Virus record (IMG/VR): IMGVR_UViG_3300038450_000150
Source: a virus
Lineage: Duplodnaviria > Heunggongvirae > Uroviricota > Caudoviricetes
Strand: one strand, 5' to 3'
Length of the DNA: 64,000 nucleotides
Shown: piece by piece, positions 35,912 to 43,730 of the stretch
Position numbering within the stretch: position 1 is the stretch's first letter
Layout: each line of letters starts with the position of its first letter
Translations under genes and position numbers: made by a program
The notes under the pieces: generated by a model
Told to the model about the DNA's origin: nothing
The model's input: only the letters and a program-made list of their open reading frames with translations
Databases searched by the model: none

Positions 35912-36144
35912 TCCTTTGCAACCTCTGCATCCACGGTCTTTAGGAATTCAATGAACTTGGCTATGTGGTTTTGACCAAGGTCATTCATAATCTCATCGTA
36001 TCGCTCGACCCCTTCTGGATAGCCCATCTCCTTGAGAACCTTGTCGATAATCTTCATTCGCTTGACAAGTCTTTCCTGTTCCTTGGGATCTGAGGATACA
36101 ACCTTTCCATTTTTCACATACACATTGATCGGCATTTGTTTCAC
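35908..36144 (-). CDS. hypothetical protein (78 aa)
   Basis: ORF. Confidence 0.3.
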   Translation of the reverse strand: MKQMPINVYVKNGKVVSSDPKEQERLVKRMKIIDKVLKEMGYPEGVERYDEIMNDLGQNHIAKFIEFLKTVDAEVAKE

Positions 36145-36354
36145 CTACACATTGAGAATCTTTGCCATTTTAATGAGATTCTTCTGTGTTTCAATTAGAC
36201 TTTCCCTAATTGCTACAATCTCCAGAAGTTCTGGTGTGGTTATCTTATCAGTATTAAAAAATGCGTATTGATCAATCGCTTCTGCATATGGCTTCAAATC
36301 CATTGCAAAACGAACTCCTTCGAACCACTGGCAATCACGCTTTCTAGCAGACAT
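36145..36354 (-). CDS. hypothetical protein (69 aa)
   Basis: ORF. Promoter motif at 36384-36402. Confidence 0.3.
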   Translation of the reverse strand: MSARKRDCQWFEGVRFAMDLKPYAEAIDQYAFFNTDKITTPELLEIVAIRESLIETQKNLIKMAKILNV

Positions 36355-36407
36355 TTTGAACGTAGGAGAGATAGATGTGTGAATTTATAAATATTGTGAT
36401 TAGTTAT

Positions 36408-36596
36408 TTATGGACAGATAATACTTCCTCTAATAAAATTATCATACTTCCTATTTTCCTTGAATTTCTCAATCTTTCTTTCACGTTCTGTAGGTGGAAG
36501 AACCTCACAAAAATTCGGGTATTGATCCAAATGCCAGTGCCAGACCCATTCCTTATCCGACATTTGTTGACCACAATGCAAACACCTTACCATCAT
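36408..36596 (-). CDS. Zn-binding mini protein (62 aa)
   Basis: CLHCGQQ...HWH. Confidence 0.3.
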   Translation of the reverse strand: MMVRCLHCGQQMSDKEWVWHWHLDQYPNFCEVLPPTERERKIEKFKENRKYDNFIRGSIICP

Positions 36597-37015
36597 TTAG
36601 AATTGTTCACCTCACTGAGTTCTTCCATCAATGTTACTTTTTTGAGCTGGGTTGGTGGTGTTTGGACATCAATCGTTCCAAGTGTTGAGTCTACATTCCA
36701 AACCATAAACTTGAAACCACCAACTGTGAAATTTTGGGGTAAGTTGTTGTTATAAAATGTTATAATATATCCACCAAGGTGCATTGAATGTGTGAGAGGT
36801 GTAGCGGAAAATAAACCACCACCATTGTCTGTAAAGCCATTATATGTGTATGGACCAAGTTGATCGCCTGGAATGAGGGTCACTATGTTCTTTGGTTTCA
36901 ATGGAACTGGTGTTGTGAATACAGATGAAATAATACTAATTATTGCTATAGACATAAATAATCCAAAAAATAGTTTTGGTATCATATCGAACATATCTAA
37001 GTCAGACACTTTCAT
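36593..37015 (-). CDS. secreted/membrane beta-rich protein (140 aa)
   Basis: N-terminal hydrophobic signal/TM. Downstream of the collagen-like gene in the same operon. Confidence 0.4.
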   Translation of the reverse strand: MKVSDLDMFDMIPKLFFGLFMSIAIISIISSVFTTPVPLKPKNIVTLIPGDQLGPYTYNGFTDNGGGLFSATPLTHSMHLGGYIITFYNNNLPQNFTVGGFKFMVWNVDSTLGTIDVQTPPTQLKKVTLMEELSEVNNSK

Positions 37016-37021
37016 TTCACC

Positions 37022-37867
37022 TTATTCATCATCGTCTTGAGGATTAGAACGTGGTCTACCTCTCGGTCTTGTTGGTGGTAATGGTTGTGGCTTACTACGA
37101 ACAAATGCACCTATTGAAAATGCCATTGACATAACACAAAACCCAATAATTGTATAGAATTCCCATTCTGGTGCTATTTCTCCTTGGGGACCCTGAATGC
37201 CTTGAGGACCTGTTGCGCCTGTGTCACCCTTATCACCCTTTGCACCAGTTGCACCAGTTAATCCCCTATCACCCTGTATTCCTTGTATTCCTTGTAATCC
37301 CTGTATGCCTTGTGTTCCGTTAAATCCTCTTAATCCTTGAGGACCAACTGGACCAATAAGTTTTGCTTTTATAGTTGAGTTCAATTTATCAAACCAGTCT
37401 GGTGGTGGAATGAAATTTGTGATTGTAAATGATTTTGCAATTGTTACTTTACTTCCATCCATTCCTTCAACAATAATTTTTATTGTGTGCAGACCAAGAT
37501 TAGAGTAGGGTGTTTGATTAGGTACTAAAATAAATGTGTCCCAAGTTACTAAAATATTTGCTCCAGCAGTACTGTATAATGGTTCAGATTTAATAATCTC
37601 AGAAAAATCATCATAATATACATATAAATATGAAGAAACTGGACAAGTTGTGTGATCAGCTTCTGGATTAACTTCAATATGTATATTTATTTTTGTATTA
37701 ACATCACCAGATTCTGGTGATATTATTACAGATAAATTATTTATTGGGACATCTGCTTTTATTAATTTAGGTGTAGAGATTACAAAACATATTAAAAAAA
37801 TCATTAAGATAAATTTGTGTTTGAACATTTTATAATTTCTCACCACAGTGTTTGCAAAACTGAGCAT
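37022..37867 (-). CDS. collagen-like membrane protein with C-terminal AT-hook-like tail
   Basis: Signal peptide, globular domain, G-x-y repeats (GPVGPQGLRGFNGTQGIQGLQG...GDTGATGPQGIQGPQG), TM helix, then tail RSKPQPLPPTRPRGRPRSNPQDDDE. Confidence 0.6.
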   Translation of the reverse strand: MLSFANTVVRNYKMFKHKFILMIFLICFVISTPKLIKADVPINNLSVIISPESGDVNTKINIHIEVNPEADHTTCPVSSYLYVYYDDFSEIIKSEPLYSTAGANILVTWDTFILVPNQTPYSNLGLHTIKIIVEGMDGSKVTIAKSFTITNFIPPPDWFDKLNSTIKAKLIGPVGPQGLRGFNGTQGIQGLQGIQGIQGDRGLTGATGAKGDKGDTGATGPQGIQGPQGEIAPEWEFYTIIGFCVMSMAFSIGAFVRSKPQPLPPTRPRGRPRSNPQDDDE

Positions 37868-38120
37868 CTTCAGAATTAAGTGTTTTGCATTTTTGGCATT
37901 TGATTTTTATACGTATTTTTTGGTCAGAATTAACTTCTTGTTTCATAATAATTTGCTGGTGTTGACTGGATGTGATTAAACCAGCAAAAAGTATTATTCC
38001 ACCCAAAAACATTGCTGGAACACCTATAAGTGCTCCTATAATTGTAAGTGAAATTAGCCATCCTAAAAAACCAATTATAAGCCCAATGATTATTAATCCA
38101 AGACGCAAGTTGATTACCAT
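37830..38120 (-). CDS. polytopic membrane protein with C-terminal Zn ribbon (about 96 aa)
   Basis: Start moved to the internal Met (MVINL...) because the longer ORF runs into tRNA-Ile. TATA at 38140-38147 lies 20 nt upstream. C-terminal CQKCK...CKHCG. Confidence 0.4.
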   Translation of the reverse strand: MVINLRLGLIIIGLIIGFLGWLISLTIIGALIGVPAMFLGGIILFAGLITSSQHQQIIMKQEVNSDQKIRIKIKCQKCKTLNSEDAQFCKHCGEKL

Positions 38121-38158
38121 AAAATAACAAATATGAAAGTTTATAAATATTATGAAAA

Positions 38159-38235
38159 TGGTGGCGAAGAGCAGACTTGAACTGCTGATGCCCTGATTAT
38201 CAGTCAGGTGGACTACCAAGCTGTCCTACTTCGCC
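38159..38235 (-). tRNA. tRNA-Ile (anticodon GAT), CCA encoded
   Basis: GGCGAAG...CCTGA-CTGATAA-TCAGG...CAGCAGTTCAAGTCTGCTG? T-arm...CTTCGCC-A-CCA. Confidence 0.7.
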
Positions 38236-38240
38236 AAGAA

Positions 38241-38321
38241 TGGTAGAGAGGATGGGATTCGAACCCACATAAAGGCAAGGATTATGAGTCCTCCGAGATA
38301 ACCAGGTTCCTCTACCTCTCT
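38241..38321 (-). tRNA. tRNA with anticodon CAT (Met, or Ile2 if lysidine/agmatidine-modified); 81 nt, 8-nt variable loop
   Basis: AGAGAGG...GAGGA-CTCATAA-TCCTT...GTGGGTTCGAATCCCAT-CCTCTCT-A-CCA. Only 5 nt from tRNA-Ile. TATA at 38343-38350, 21 nt upstream. Confidence 0.6.
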
Positions 38322-38342
38322 GGGTATTATAAATAAAGTGTG

Positions 38343-38350
38343 TTTATAAA
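38343..38350 (-). promoter_or_regulatory. TATA box of the tRNA(CAT)-tRNA-Ile transcription unit
   Basis: gtgtgtttataaagattt. TATA is 21 nt upstream of the mature 5' end. Confidence 0.5.
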
Positions 38351-38353
38351 GAT

Positions 38354-39811
38354 TTATTCTCTGACGATGTAAAGGTTGTTTAATGACCTTGTTAGAGCTA
38401 CAAACTTGCAGTTATCTTCCTCTTTCAACTGCTGGGGATTGCCCTGCTTTACAGCATATGGGTGTGGCATAAGATCATAGCGGAGTATGTAGACGTTCTC
38501 AGACTCAAGTCCCTTAGCCCTATGAACACTGCTGAAAACTATGCCCTCAATATTGTCACGGAAAATGAATTTCACTTTTGATGTAAGATCGGTTATGGTT
38601 TTGCTCTCATCGGCTATAGCAAAGATTGTGTCAACCCTGTCACTGAGGGTGAGTATTGATGCTTCCTTTTTCTGGATCTTCAACTTCTCGGTCTGCTTCT
38701 GCTGGTACTCTTTCAGACCGATTAGGAAAGTGCTGAGATCGGTAGCACCACACATCTTTACGACACGGTTGATTAGGTTCTCAAGCTGATCGCCTATGCT
38801 CTTGCCAACAATTATGACCTTCTTGCCGTTTCGAATAAGTTCGAAGGCTGGTTCTACGAGAGGGGCATTTGTTCGGCAGAGAACCATATCCTTCGGCTGG
38901 ACTTTTTTCATAAATGTGGGATAGTCTATTTCCTCAACTTTTCCCTGCTTGGCATTTGGACCACATTCGTGTGTGATGTTTGGGAAGGTCTTGTTTACAA
39001 AGGCAACGACAGACTTTGGGTTTCTGTAACTGATGCTGAGTGGAAATTCGACAGCATCAAGCATATTTCCCAAGTAATCCATAGCATTGATTCCAGCTCC
39101 ACGGAAACCGTATATGGCTTGGTTTCTGTCACCGATTACTATTGTGCATCCGTTGGGTTTCCTGATTTTGAGGATCATTTGAACCTGAGTCTCGTTCAAG
39201 TCCTGTGCCTCATCAACAAGGACATAATCGTATTTTCTCATTGGGATATCGAGAACGACAGGAAGCCAGATCATATCATCATAATCGATTGTTTGTGTGT
39301 CTTTTTTAGATCGTTGTATAACATAATTAACGGCCTTGAACACTGTTTTTTCATTACCATTTAATTTAATGTTATAGAAATCACACATTTCAATCATAGA
39401 ATCTTCATCTTCTGAATCTGTTAATGTGTTTTTCACATATTGAACAACTTTAGCAATTGTCTGCCAGAGCATTTTATTGACAACAGTGTCCTCTAGGATT
39501 GAGTATGTTTTTTGATTGTCCATAATGAAATTACCATATACATTACGAAGTTCACGATTGCCAAGAGAATGAAGTGTTTTTGCTTCTCCACCAGGCATAT
39601 TTGCTAGTTTTTCTTTTGCCTCAAGTTGATTCTTTTTATTAAAAACAAGATATATCCAGCTTTTATTTTTTGGTATATAATTTTTAATAAACTCTTGAAT
39701 TGTTCGAGTTTTACCAGAGCCAGCAGTTGCACTCACTATGATGTTCTTATCTCCCTTTCTGCCAGCCTCAAAGATTGCCTTCTGGTATGAGGACGGGACG
39801 AATGTTGACAT
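38354..39811 (-). CDS. UvrD/PcrA/Rep-family SF1 DNA helicase
   Basis: Walker A ATAGSGKTR, motif II VLVDEAQDLNETQ, motif III VIGDRNQAIYGFRGA. Confidence 0.75.
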   Translation of the reverse strand: MSTFVPSSYQKAIFEAGRKGDKNIIVSATAGSGKTRTIQEFIKNYIPKNKSWIYLVFNKKNQLEAKEKLANMPGGEAKTLHSLGNRELRNVYGNFIMDNQKTYSILEDTVVNKMLWQTIAKVVQYVKNTLTDSEDEDSMIEMCDFYNIKLNGNEKTVFKAVNYVIQRSKKDTQTIDYDDMIWLPVVLDIPMRKYDYVLVDEAQDLNETQVQMILKIRKPNGCTIVIGDRNQAIYGFRGAGINAMDYLGNMLDAVEFPLSISYRNPKSVVAFVNKTFPNITHECGPNAKQGKVEEIDYPTFMKKVQPKDMVLCRTNAPLVEPAFELIRNGKKVIIVGKSIGDQLENLINRVVKMCGATDLSTFLIGLKEYQQKQTEKLKIQKKEASILTLSDRVDTIFAIADESKTITDLTSKVKFIFRDNIEGIVFSSVHRAKGLESENVYILRYDLMPHPYAVKQGNPQQLKEEDNCKFVALTRSLNNLYIVRE

Positions 39812-39813
39812 TT

Positions 39814-40038
39814 TTATACTTCCAATGCTAATTCTCTACAAAGTTGTATAAACTCATTTTCTTGGCGTAGTGGATTAATATCCTCAATTTTTGAATTAAA
39901 AATATAACCACATTTTGGGCAGAGGCAATAATTCATCCAATAGCGATCTTCAATCAGCTTACGATAATAAAGTGGTTTTATATCACATTGTGGGCATACC
40001 CTATTTAGGATAATGTCCAAGTCCCTGTTGGTCAACAT
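39814..40038 (-). CDS. Zn-ribbon protein (74 aa)
   Basis: CPQCD...CLCPKCGY. Promoter motif at 40068-40087. Confidence 0.35.
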   Translation of the reverse strand: MLTNRDLDIILNRVCPQCDIKPLYYRKLIEDRYWMNYCLCPKCGYIFNSKIEDINPLRQENEFIQLCRELALEV

Positions 40039-40084
40039 TTTATACGGTGTAGATGTGTTTAGTACTCTTATAAATATTGTGGAT

Positions 40085-40285
40085 TATAGTTACAGGGGAG
40101 TGATTGGCTCCCCTGCCTGAGCTTCCTTGGTTATCAACCAGTGGACATTGAGACATACACGGTGATCAGTCGTGCTGTTACTCATTCTCAGGACGTATTT
40201 ACCTGTCGCTTTCCCGATTACTAGTCGGGAGCAACATAGGGAACCACACCATTGGTAAGGTGTTACGCACAGGTTCCTTCGTAGA
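40085..40285 (-). ncRNA. candidate structured non-coding RNA (about 200 nt), class unknown
   Basis: GC about 50% versus about 35% nearby. Many stable hairpins (GGGGAG/CUCCCC, GGAACC...GGUUCC enclosing ACACC/GGUGU, CCCGA/UCGGG, CACG/CGUG). Flanked by TATA motifs at 40302 (correct spacing for a minus-strand TSS near 40280) and 40069. The embedded 67-aa ORF has only a 9-nt TATA-to-ATG gap. Confidence 0.4.
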
Positions 40286-40313
40286 AGAAACACGTTAAGA
40301 CTTTATAAATATT

Positions 40314-40389
40314 TGGAGCCCCAGGCAGGACTCGGACCTGCGACCATCAACTTACAAGGTTGACGCACTACCAACTATGCTACAGGGGC
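40314..40389 (-). tRNA. tRNA-Thr (anticodon TGT), CCA encoded
   Basis: GCCCCTG...TCAAC-CTTGTAA-GTTGA...GGTCCGAGTCC...CTGGGGC-T-CCA. One T-T mismatch in the acceptor stem. TATA variant at 40416. Confidence 0.65.
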
Positions 40390-40425
40390 AACAGTGGTAA
40401 AAGGTATGTGTATGGTTATAAATAT

Positions 40426-40929
40426 TTAGATAAAAACAGGAATTTTGTTTATTTTCATTAAGTCTTTAATTGTTATTATTTTTACTTCATTTTCTATATA
40501 ATTTCTAATATTTTCCCATCCCCAGATACATTGTTCATTTTTAACATCTATAAATGGTTCATTATGTTCTTGTGCATTATCCATTGAAGATATTGGATAT
40601 TGTAATAATTTTAAGAGTGGTATCATCACTGCGTTTGTACCACCTTTATTTATTTGAATATAATATGAATATGGTTTTGCATATTTTAATTTACGTTCTA
40701 AAAAATGAACAGAATTGAATGAAAAATAATCGTTCCAATATTTCTCGTGATTTTCTACTTCTATACCACCGACTAATGTTAGAGACTTCATAATTTGTAT
40801 ATCAATATCATATTTCTTTTCATTTCTTTTAATCCAAAACACATTTGATTTAATATTTTTAAAAACACAATTTATTGCAGGATCATTAAATTTTTTATTT
40901 GCTTTCTCGTCATATTCCTTATGACCCAA
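40426..40929 (-). CDS. hypothetical protein (167 aa) with very low-GC codon usage, possible nuclease
   Basis: Lys/Asn/Ile-rich; composition distinct from neighbours. Weak D...E-x-K-like spacing (DIDIQIMK...IEVENHEK). Confidence 0.35.
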   Translation of the reverse strand: MGHKEYDEKANKKFNDPAINCVFKNIKSNVFWIKRNEKKYDIDIQIMKSLTLVGGIEVENHEKYWNDYFSFNSVHFLERKLKYAKPYSYYIQINKGGTNAVMIPLLKLLQYPISSMDNAQEHNEPFIDVKNEQCIWGWENIRNYIENEVKIITIKDLMKINKIPVFI

Positions 40930-40933
40930 GAGA

Positions 40934-42730
40934 TCACCTAATAGCTTCCTTAAACCACTTCGGGAAGAATCCTATATTCTGGTTGAATAAGTCTGAGAAC
41001 TTCCCATCAATTATGAAAGTCTCACCCCAATCGTCAACACTTCTACAGACTCTACCATAAGTCTGGATTAGGAGCATTGCGGTTGTCCAGTTGTACCAGG
41101 ATTGATCCTTTTCGACCCTCTTCTTAATCTGAGGATCACCGAGAGATGGATAGGGTACTTTAACTAGGACTTGCCATCTAGCCAAATCATCTTTTAGGTC
41201 GATGCCCATTTTCATACTCGGTGTTGTCATAATGCAAGGTGCTTTTGCTTGGAAGAATCTCTCGAAAGTATCTTCACGCCTCTCATCTGTGTCAATAAAG
41301 TTTCCTCTCTCATCTCTAAGAGAAACATTGGTCATCATATACTGCTTGTATTTTGAATTAGCCATAATATATCTTGCAATTTCGTTATTGTGAGTGTGTA
41401 TTACACCTTTGTGCTGCAAACGAGTTGGAATGATATCGTTGTCAATTATTCTAAGCATATTCGGTAGGAACTGATCCATTTCTTTGAAAATCGCTCTTCC
41501 AGCAAATTTTTGGTAGAGTGGACGATGTTCGACTGGGAATGTTGAGTTGCCTATTCTGAAAAACTTAACCTCTTCTTCTATGCCTAAGTATTTCTGTAAT
41601 TTTTCTTTGTCAAGTATTGTGGCCGATATAAGAATGTGTTTGTCAGTGTGCTTGAAAAGCTGGTCAGAATATTTATTAATTGTAACTGGTTTGAAAGTGG
41701 CAGATGTTTTGTCTTTTAAGACAACCCAGTTATCAATATCATCTTCTAGACTATCTAGCAACTCTGTGATTCTATTTGTTATATTTTCAACTGTTTTACG
41801 ACTCTTCAGTTCTTGTACACGATTTGAACTATCACCTATATCCCTTTGGATTGAGGCGAAAGTTCCATACTTTTCTGAGATCCCTTTAAGTTCACCCTGG
41901 ATATTCTGCAACCATTTTTCCCAATCTTCCATTTTTGTGTATTCTGGTATTATTGGAAATGGCATATCTTTAAAATACATCCAAATACCATTAAATGTTC
42001 TCGAAGAAATTAAAACTTCAATATAGGTCATTAAAGTATTTTCGATTGTGTGTGCCTCATCAAAGATTCCTAAAAATCTTTTATTGAAGCTGTGTGCGTG
42101 ATTTTGTTCGTGAAGGTAATAGGAATAGTTGTGGATGGTAAGAGGTGAATGGATTGCCTTGTCCTTGGCTTGCCAGTAGGCACAGAGTGGATAAGAACAA
42201 TTGCTCCAATCGAACTTAACTCCAAACTTGTCACGATCTGCTCTCGGTGACGCATTATCATCTTCAAAATTTTCTGGGTCAATTTCAGCACCCATCTCCA
42301 TATCGGTTAGTGCAGACTCACGTTTTACTTGGTTTGCCTTGTGGGGGCATTTGTAACCATTAATCAGGGTACACGGTGCTCTGTCTGCATAGAGTGTGTT
42401 CCCTATTCTCTCAGCCCAAAACTCTGGTTCCATATCTCCTGCTGTGAGAGAGCAGGGATAATTGCCCCTACCTTTGATTAGTGCTATGTCTGGAAAATCA
42501 CGTAGATACTGTCCCTGTAGGTAGATGTCGTTTACAACAAAGTGTGTAAGGTTGCCATATTCCTGATAGACATACTTAGCGATTGCATAGGCTACAGGTG
42601 ACTTACCAAAGCCTGTAGGTGCTTCTAGGAAGATGTAATTGTAGGGATCAAGGTTGGCTTCTATAAGACTTAGGATTTCCTTCTGGTATGGACGGAATTC
42701 CTTGAATGGGAAACAGGCTTCAATTGCCAA
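40934..42730 (-). CDS. XPD/Rad3-like SF2 (DEAH) helicase with Fe-S cluster cysteines
   Basis: Walker A EAPTGFGKS, DEAH box FDEAHTIEN, Cys cluster between them (CSLTAG...CTLINGYKCPH...CSYPLC), C-terminal VKVPYPSLGDP. Confidence 0.65.
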   Translation of the reverse strand: MAIEACFPFKEFRPYQKEILSLIEANLDPYNYIFLEAPTGFGKSPVAYAIAKYVYQEYGNLTHFVVNDIYLQGQYLRDFPDIALIKGRGNYPCSLTAGDMEPEFWAERIGNTLYADRAPCTLINGYKCPHKANQVKRESALTDMEMGAEIDPENFEDDNASPRADRDKFGVKFDWSNCSYPLCAYWQAKDKAIHSPLTIHNYSYYLHEQNHAHSFNKRFLGIFDEAHTIENTLMTYIEVLISSRTFNGIWMYFKDMPFPIIPEYTKMEDWEKWLQNIQGELKGISEKYGTFASIQRDIGDSSNRVQELKSRKTVENITNRITELLDSLEDDIDNWVVLKDKTSATFKPVTINKYSDQLFKHTDKHILISATILDKEKLQKYLGIEEEVKFFRIGNSTFPVEHRPLYQKFAGRAIFKEMDQFLPNMLRIIDNDIIPTRLQHKGVIHTHNNEIARYIMANSKYKQYMMTNVSLRDERGNFIDTDERREDTFERFFQAKAPCIMTTPSMKMGIDLKDDLARWQVLVKVPYPSLGDPQIKKRVEKDQSWYNWTTAMLLIQTYGRVCRSVDDWGETFIIDGKFSDLFNQNIGFFPKWFKEAIR

Positions 42731-43730
42731 CGTCTATACCACCGAGTTGATATTTTCTTACGTGATTACGAATTGAAACCTCTGTCACGCCACAGGTTGT
42801 TGCTATAACCTTCTGGGAGATGTTAAGTTCCATCTTCTTGGATGCCAGATAAATTGCACAAGCTGCTACACAGAGTGGACTTGAGCCACTTGTGATTTTT
42901 AAGTCCTCTGCCTCTCTGCAAATCTTTAGGGCTAACATTTCAAATTCACCAGATAGGTTTAACTTAGAGGTGAACTGGGAAATAAAGATTGCAGGATCCC
43001 TGCGAGTTGGCTTGATCTTCATTGATTCTACCATAAGGCGATAGCAACGAGCAATATCCTTCTTGTCGATGCCTGTGACCTCTTCAATATTCTCCATTGT
43101 TGTTGGAATGCCATTCTCTCTGAGGCTGTAGTACATACAGGCAACTAGGATTTGCTGGATTGAACGTCCTCTAATGAGGTTTATGGCCACCGATTTTGTA
43201 AATATATCAAAGATATCGTCATCTATTGCATCTGGTATGCTGAGTCTGTATTTGTAGGTTGTATAAAGTGACCTTGCAGAGGATAGTGTTCTGGTTAGAG
43301 ATGCCTTATCACCTGTTGCCCTATTGTTCATTCTTGAAAGACGAAGATATTCTATCTTCTTTTCTCCTGTAAGTTTCTTGTTTTGACCATCTAAATTTGA
43401 CCAAGGAGCAATCCTTGTATGGCTTGAAGAGCCATTAACGACACCTGGATTTGTGATTGGCGTAGCCCTGTCAAGTTGCTGTGGCTCACCATCAAAGTTT
43501 CGCCATTCCTTGTCTCTGGAAATTACTTGTTCCTCAAGAACAACCAACCCACAGTTTTTGCAAACAACCTCACCAGTAACATTATCGTGATAGAAGTCAC
43601 GACTGCCACAAATTGGGCAGTTTAATGGAGCATCTTGTGGGGCTTCGTGGGACGGGTCATTAGACATAAACATCACTCCTATTGTACCTACATTTATAAA
43701 TATTATGAGATTTTTATCCAAACCACTCAT
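42720..43730 (-). CDS. tfb: transcription factor B (TFB/TFIIB homolog)
   Basis: N-terminal Zn ribbon CPICGS...CKNCG followed by two cyclin-like repeats. 336 aa. Confidence 0.8.
   Translation of the reverse strand: MSGLDKNLIIFINVGTIGVMFMSNDPSHEAPQDAPLNCPICGSRDFYHDNVTGEVVCKNCGLVVLEEQVISRDKEWRNFDGEPQQLDRATPITNPGVVNGSSSHTRIAPWSNLDGQNKKLTGEKKIEYLRLSRMNNRATGDKASLTRTLSSARSLYTTYKYRLSIPDAIDDDIFDIFTKSVAINLIRGRSIQQILVACMYYSLRENGIPTTMENIEEVTGIDKKDIARCYRLMVESMKIKPTRRDPAIFISQFTSKLNLSGEFEMLALKICREAEDLKITSGSSPLCVAACAIYLASKKMELNISQKVIATTCGVTEVSIRNHVRKYQLGGIDVGN

Noticed and set aside
37830-38219. Full-length ORF 37830-38219
   Set aside because: Its 5' part runs into tRNA-Ile and the promoter. I shortened it to the internal Met at 38120, which has a TATA 20 nt upstream.
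40090-40293. 67-aa ORF on the minus strand
   Set aside because: It is only 9 nt from its TATA box (all genuine genes have 20 nt or more). The region is GC-rich and highly structured, so I interpret it as ncRNA.
41202-42026. Plus-strand ORFs within the XPD-like helicase gene
   Set aside because: Antisense to a motif-supported gene.
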